Below are positions 24,801 to 26,643 of a stretch of DNA of 26,643 nt, piece after piece (positions within the stretch are counted from its first letter, which is position 1; each line of letters opens with the position of its first letter). A program made the position numbers and the translations under genes. The notes under the pieces were generated by a model, which saw only the letters and a program-made list of their open reading frames with translations, made no database searches and was not told where the DNA came from. The DNA is from an uncultured Solirubrobacteraceae bacterium (GTDB lineage: Bacteria > Actinomycetota > Thermoleophilia > Solirubrobacterales > Solirubrobacteraceae), in the NCBI GenBank assembly GCA_964588985.1, contig CAZPQW010000035.1:1-26643 (forward strand), in the 5' to 3' direction.

Positions 24801-25399
24801 AGCCCAAGGGCGAGCGGATCTGCCTCGCGGACTTCTTCCGCCCCGCAATCGAAGGCAAGCCGCCCGCCGAGCTCGACGTGATCCCCGTGCAGGCGGTCAC
24901 CGTCGGCAGCGAGGTGACGGAACTCATGGCTCGTCTGGAGGCCGAAGGCGAATTCGCCGAGCAGCTGTTCGTCCACGGCCTCGGCGTGCAGACGGCCGAG
25001 GGCCTGGCCGAATGGCTGCACTACGAGATCCGAAAGATGCTCGACATCCCGCTCGCGCAGGGCCGGCGCTACTCCTGGGGCTATCCGGCCGTGCCGGAGC
25101 AGAGTGAGCACCTCAAGGTCCAGGAGCTGCTCGACCTGGCACAGATCGGGATGACGATCACCGACGGCTACGCCCCCGACCCAGAGCAGTCCACGCTCGC
25201 GCTCGTCGCCCACCACCCCCAGGCGATCTACTTCGGCACGCGCCAGGGCCGGCTGCCTGCGGAGAGCTCGCCCGACGACCTGATCCGCGGCTCCAGCCGC
25301 GACCCCTCTCTGTTCGGCGATCTCGACGACGAGGACCCGCCGGAGGGCGCGGTGGAAGGCGAGGACGAGCCGGCGCTGGCGGGCGAGGTCTCCCCCTAG
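21812..25399 (+). CDS. metH: Cobalamin-dependent methionine synthase
   Basis: DGGMG, AGSIGPT, GLNCSTGP, PNAGLP, GGCCGTTPEHI (Hcy/Zn domain); VGERVN..GSRK (pterin domain); GDVHDIGK, IGLSALL, GGAA (B12 domain); RYSWGYPA.P, PEQST (activation domain). Confidence 0.97.
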   Translation: MRDYLREIHSHVVVYDGGMGATLEQFELSSEDYGGLAGKCHEALVLNRPDVIEGVHSSMLEAGAEVVETDTFQGSRIKLEEWGLGEYTQEINTRAAEIARKAAGENRFVAGSIGPTGYLPASEEPSLGQIRFGELVTVFAEQASGLIDGGADLLIIETAQDILEVKAAIFGAREAFKSAGRVLPIHTSVSLLPNGGKMLLGTDISAVLTTLEALKVDVIGLNCSTGPQDMRDAIRFLGEHCPVPVACIPNAGLPLQGPDGETIFPEKPEPLAEALAEFVERYGVGIVGGCCGTTPEHIAAIAARVAKRPVAPRPAPRVPHLSSMIAATPLVQEPRPTMVGERVNSQGSRKAKELLLADDYDGLVQIAEDQVTGGAHVLDLCVALTERVDEDEQMRLLAKKVSLTQPAPIQIDSTEPEVIERALEQIPGRAIVNSVNLEAGRDKLDRVVPVALAHGAALIALTIDEVGMAKTAQRKVEIAERIRDLCCEEHGLDPELLIFDCLTFTLTTGDEEWRPSAVETIEGIKRIKAEIPHVKTSLGVSNVSFGVSPGARAVLNSVFLHHCVQAGLDLAMVNPNHITPYGEISDLECDLADDLVFNRREDALERFIGHFESKGEEDVSESAANPTEGMEPEEALHFHILRRRKDGVEAWIDLSVEKIGAVPTLNDVLLPAMKEVGDKFGAGELILPFVLQSAEVMKKAVAQLEKYLDKIEGYTKGTVVLATVFGDVHDIGKSLVNTILTNNGYTVVDLGKQVPIQTILDAAQEHDATAIGLSALLVSTSKQMPAAIQELHAKGLEYPVLIGGAAINRAFSYRALFPGGKDSEEMYEPGVFYCKDAFEGLAVMDQLIDADAKQLLVDKLQAGARTFREKGDEPVEELDLSDDSVRSAARTDAPVPTPPFWGVREIPVDLDEVYRHLDTHVLFKLHWGGRGVKGDAWRKLLQEDFRPRLERMWREQDYLHPRALLGFFPCYALGNEIVVLDPEDRATELTRFVCPRQPKGERICLADFFRPAIEGKPPAELDVIPVQAVTVGSEVTELMARLEAEGEFAEQLFVHGLGVQTAEGLAEWLHYEIRKMLDIPLAQGRRYSWGYPAVPEQSEHLKVQELLDLAQIGMTITDGYAPDPEQSTLALVAHHPQAIYFGTRQGRLPAESSPDDLIRGSSRDPSLFGDLDDEDPPEGAVEGEDEPALAGEVSP

Positions 25400-25410
25400 A
25401 CGGTAAGCGT

Positions 25411-25440
25411 CGGAGCCCGTCGCTCGAGCGACGGGCTCCG
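25411..25440. terminator. Perfect 30-bp palindrome between convergent genes, probable bidirectional terminator
   Basis: CGGAGCCCGTCGCTCGAGCGACGGGCTCCG is its own reverse complement and starts 12 nt after the metH stop. Confidence 0.7.
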
Positions 25441-25483
25441 TGCTCCTGCATCGCTGGACGCACCTAGCGTCGGCGGTGTGTGC

Positions 25484-26374
25484 CTAGTGTTCGCGCACCT
25501 GTTCCTCGCCAGCCTGCTGCAGCGTTCCGGTGAGGATCGCCGTGTTGTTGCCAGCAGCCGCCGGCAGCCCGAGTTTCGCGTTGATGATCGGGTCGAGCAG
25601 CAGTTCGATGATCAATCCACCGCAGCCGGTCGCCCCAGGCACCGCGAACGAATTGTTCACGAGCGAGTTGTTGGAGATCTTCAGGATCTGACCTTCGGCG
25701 ACGACCGAGATCGTTCCCAGTTTGCCTTTGATCGCTTTGTTCGGAGGCGGCGGACTCGTCGCGCCGGTCGTCAGGTTCAGGACGATCGGGTGCGAGTTCG
25801 AGCCGAGGTAGCACGAGCTGCCCAGGAACGGGTTTTCGAGGTGCACCTTCACAGGCAGCGACAGCGCCGTGCCGGTTTCCTCGAGCAGGTTCGTCTCGTT
25901 CAGGCCGATAGAGCTCGCTGGCGCGGCCAATTCGGTCGTCGAGTTGACGCCCGTCAGGCCGTTTTCGAACGTCACTTCACACGCGATGCGCTCGATGATT
26001 TCTTTGATTTCTTTGCAGTTGATCAAGCCCGCGAGACCACCGGGCACGGCCTGCGGCGAGTGCGACAGCGTCACACCGTTAGCCGCCGCGACGAATTTGA
26101 GTTCGCCCGTTGCTTCGTTTTCTATGAACCCTCCCTGGAGCGTGATCGGGTTCGTAATCGGCACTTTCTGTTTTCCGGCGACGAGTTCGCCGGATTCGGT
26201 CTTGGCGGAGATGCAGCCACTCAGTTCCGCGTTGCTCAGCGGACACTGCGCAAAAACCGCGAATTCGCCACTCGGTGTCGCAAAGGCCGGCGCGGCGACG
26301 GCAAAGGCAGCCACTGCCCCCGCAACCGTCGCGATCAGTCGCGGCATAAGCCGCGGTCGATTGCCCTTCATCAT
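25484..26374 (-). CDS. Secreted hypothetical protein with paired cysteines
   Basis: Signal RLIATVAGAVAAFAVAAPAFA; FAQCP..C, LPVKVHLENPFLGSSCYLGS, N.F.VPGATGCGG; six Cys. GAGGGTGAGGG RBS upstream of ATG 26374. Confidence 0.8.
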   Translation of the reverse strand: MMKGNRPRLMPRLIATVAGAVAAFAVAAPAFATPSGEFAVFAQCPLSNAELSGCISAKTESGELVAGKQKVPITNPITLQGGFIENEATGELKFVAAANGVTLSHSPQAVPGGLAGLINCKEIKEIIERIACEVTFENGLTGVNSTTELAAPASSIGLNETNLLEETGTALSLPVKVHLENPFLGSSCYLGSNSHPIVLNLTTGATSPPPPNKAIKGKLGTISVVAEGQILKISNNSLVNNSFAVPGATGCGGLIIELLLDPIINAKLGLPAAAGNNTAILTGTLQQAGEEQVREH

Positions 26375-26572
26375 TACCCTCACCCTCGATTCGGTTGTTT
26401 TATAGAACGATCGAACGAGTAATGAGCCTAATGATCAGATGAGTCTAACTACAATCGCTGTTTCCTTCTAGCAGTGGCCTACCCCTTTTCCACGGGCTCA
26501 CCATCATTCCAACAGTTGTATATCTGAGAATTGACGGAGTTGCGTGAGCCTCCATTCCGCCGCAGAACGACA

Positions 26573-26606
26573 AGGGGGCCCGCCGCGCGAACGCGACGGG
26601 CCCCCT
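26573..26606 (-). terminator. Intrinsic terminator-like hairpin for a minus-strand gene ending near the window edge
   Basis: Minus strand AGGGGGCCCG-T-CGCG-TTCG-CGCG-G-CGGGCCCCCT followed by TGTCGTTCT; a minus-strand TAG lies at 26628-26626. Confidence 0.65.
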
Positions 26607-26643
26607 GTCCTACCCGGCTGACGCACTACGTGCGTTCAGCCAG

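Noticed and set aside
21896-25216. Long ORFs overlapping metH (21896-23410 -, 23453-25216 -, 23347-25107 +)
   Set aside because: These are shadow frames of a high-GC gene, with low-complexity Arg/Ala/Gly or antisense-codon composition and no motifs.
25478-26422. 314-aa plus-strand ORF
   Set aside because: It is the antisense shadow of the secreted protein, which has the signal peptide and RBS.

Overview
High-GC bacterial DNA, most consistent with an actinomycete of the Thermoleophilia/Solirubrobacterales type. This is an inference from GC content, apparently leaderless genes and a basic Cys-pair tail on a secreted protein. From left to right the window holds: (1) the 3' part of a type III glutamine synthetase; (2) a minus-strand three-gene unit (cholesterol-oxidase-like GMC flavoprotein, sugar-lactone-oxidase-like flavoprotein, multi-TM protein with a Vps62-like domain) divergent from a cyclooxygenase-like heme dioxygenase that keeps the catalytic Tyr; (3) an SQR-like flavoprotein; (4) a lower-GC accessory block (~9340-15120) with a stand-alone ComEC-type MBL hydrolase, a CHAP hydrolase with 58-aa Cys-pair repeats and a LasA-like M23 peptidase; (5) a TfoX-N protein; (6) a coupled minus-strand exopolysaccharide operon (UDP-HexNAc-type dehydrogenase, hyaluronan-synthase-like GT2, a hidden 59-aa ORF, FN3-GH18, GH18); (7) metH; (8) a secreted hypothetical protein. 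The best candidates for undescribed systems are the HAS-like/GH18 polysaccharide operon and the COX-like dioxygenase plus oxidase cluster. All assignments come from recognising motifs by eye; no searches were run.
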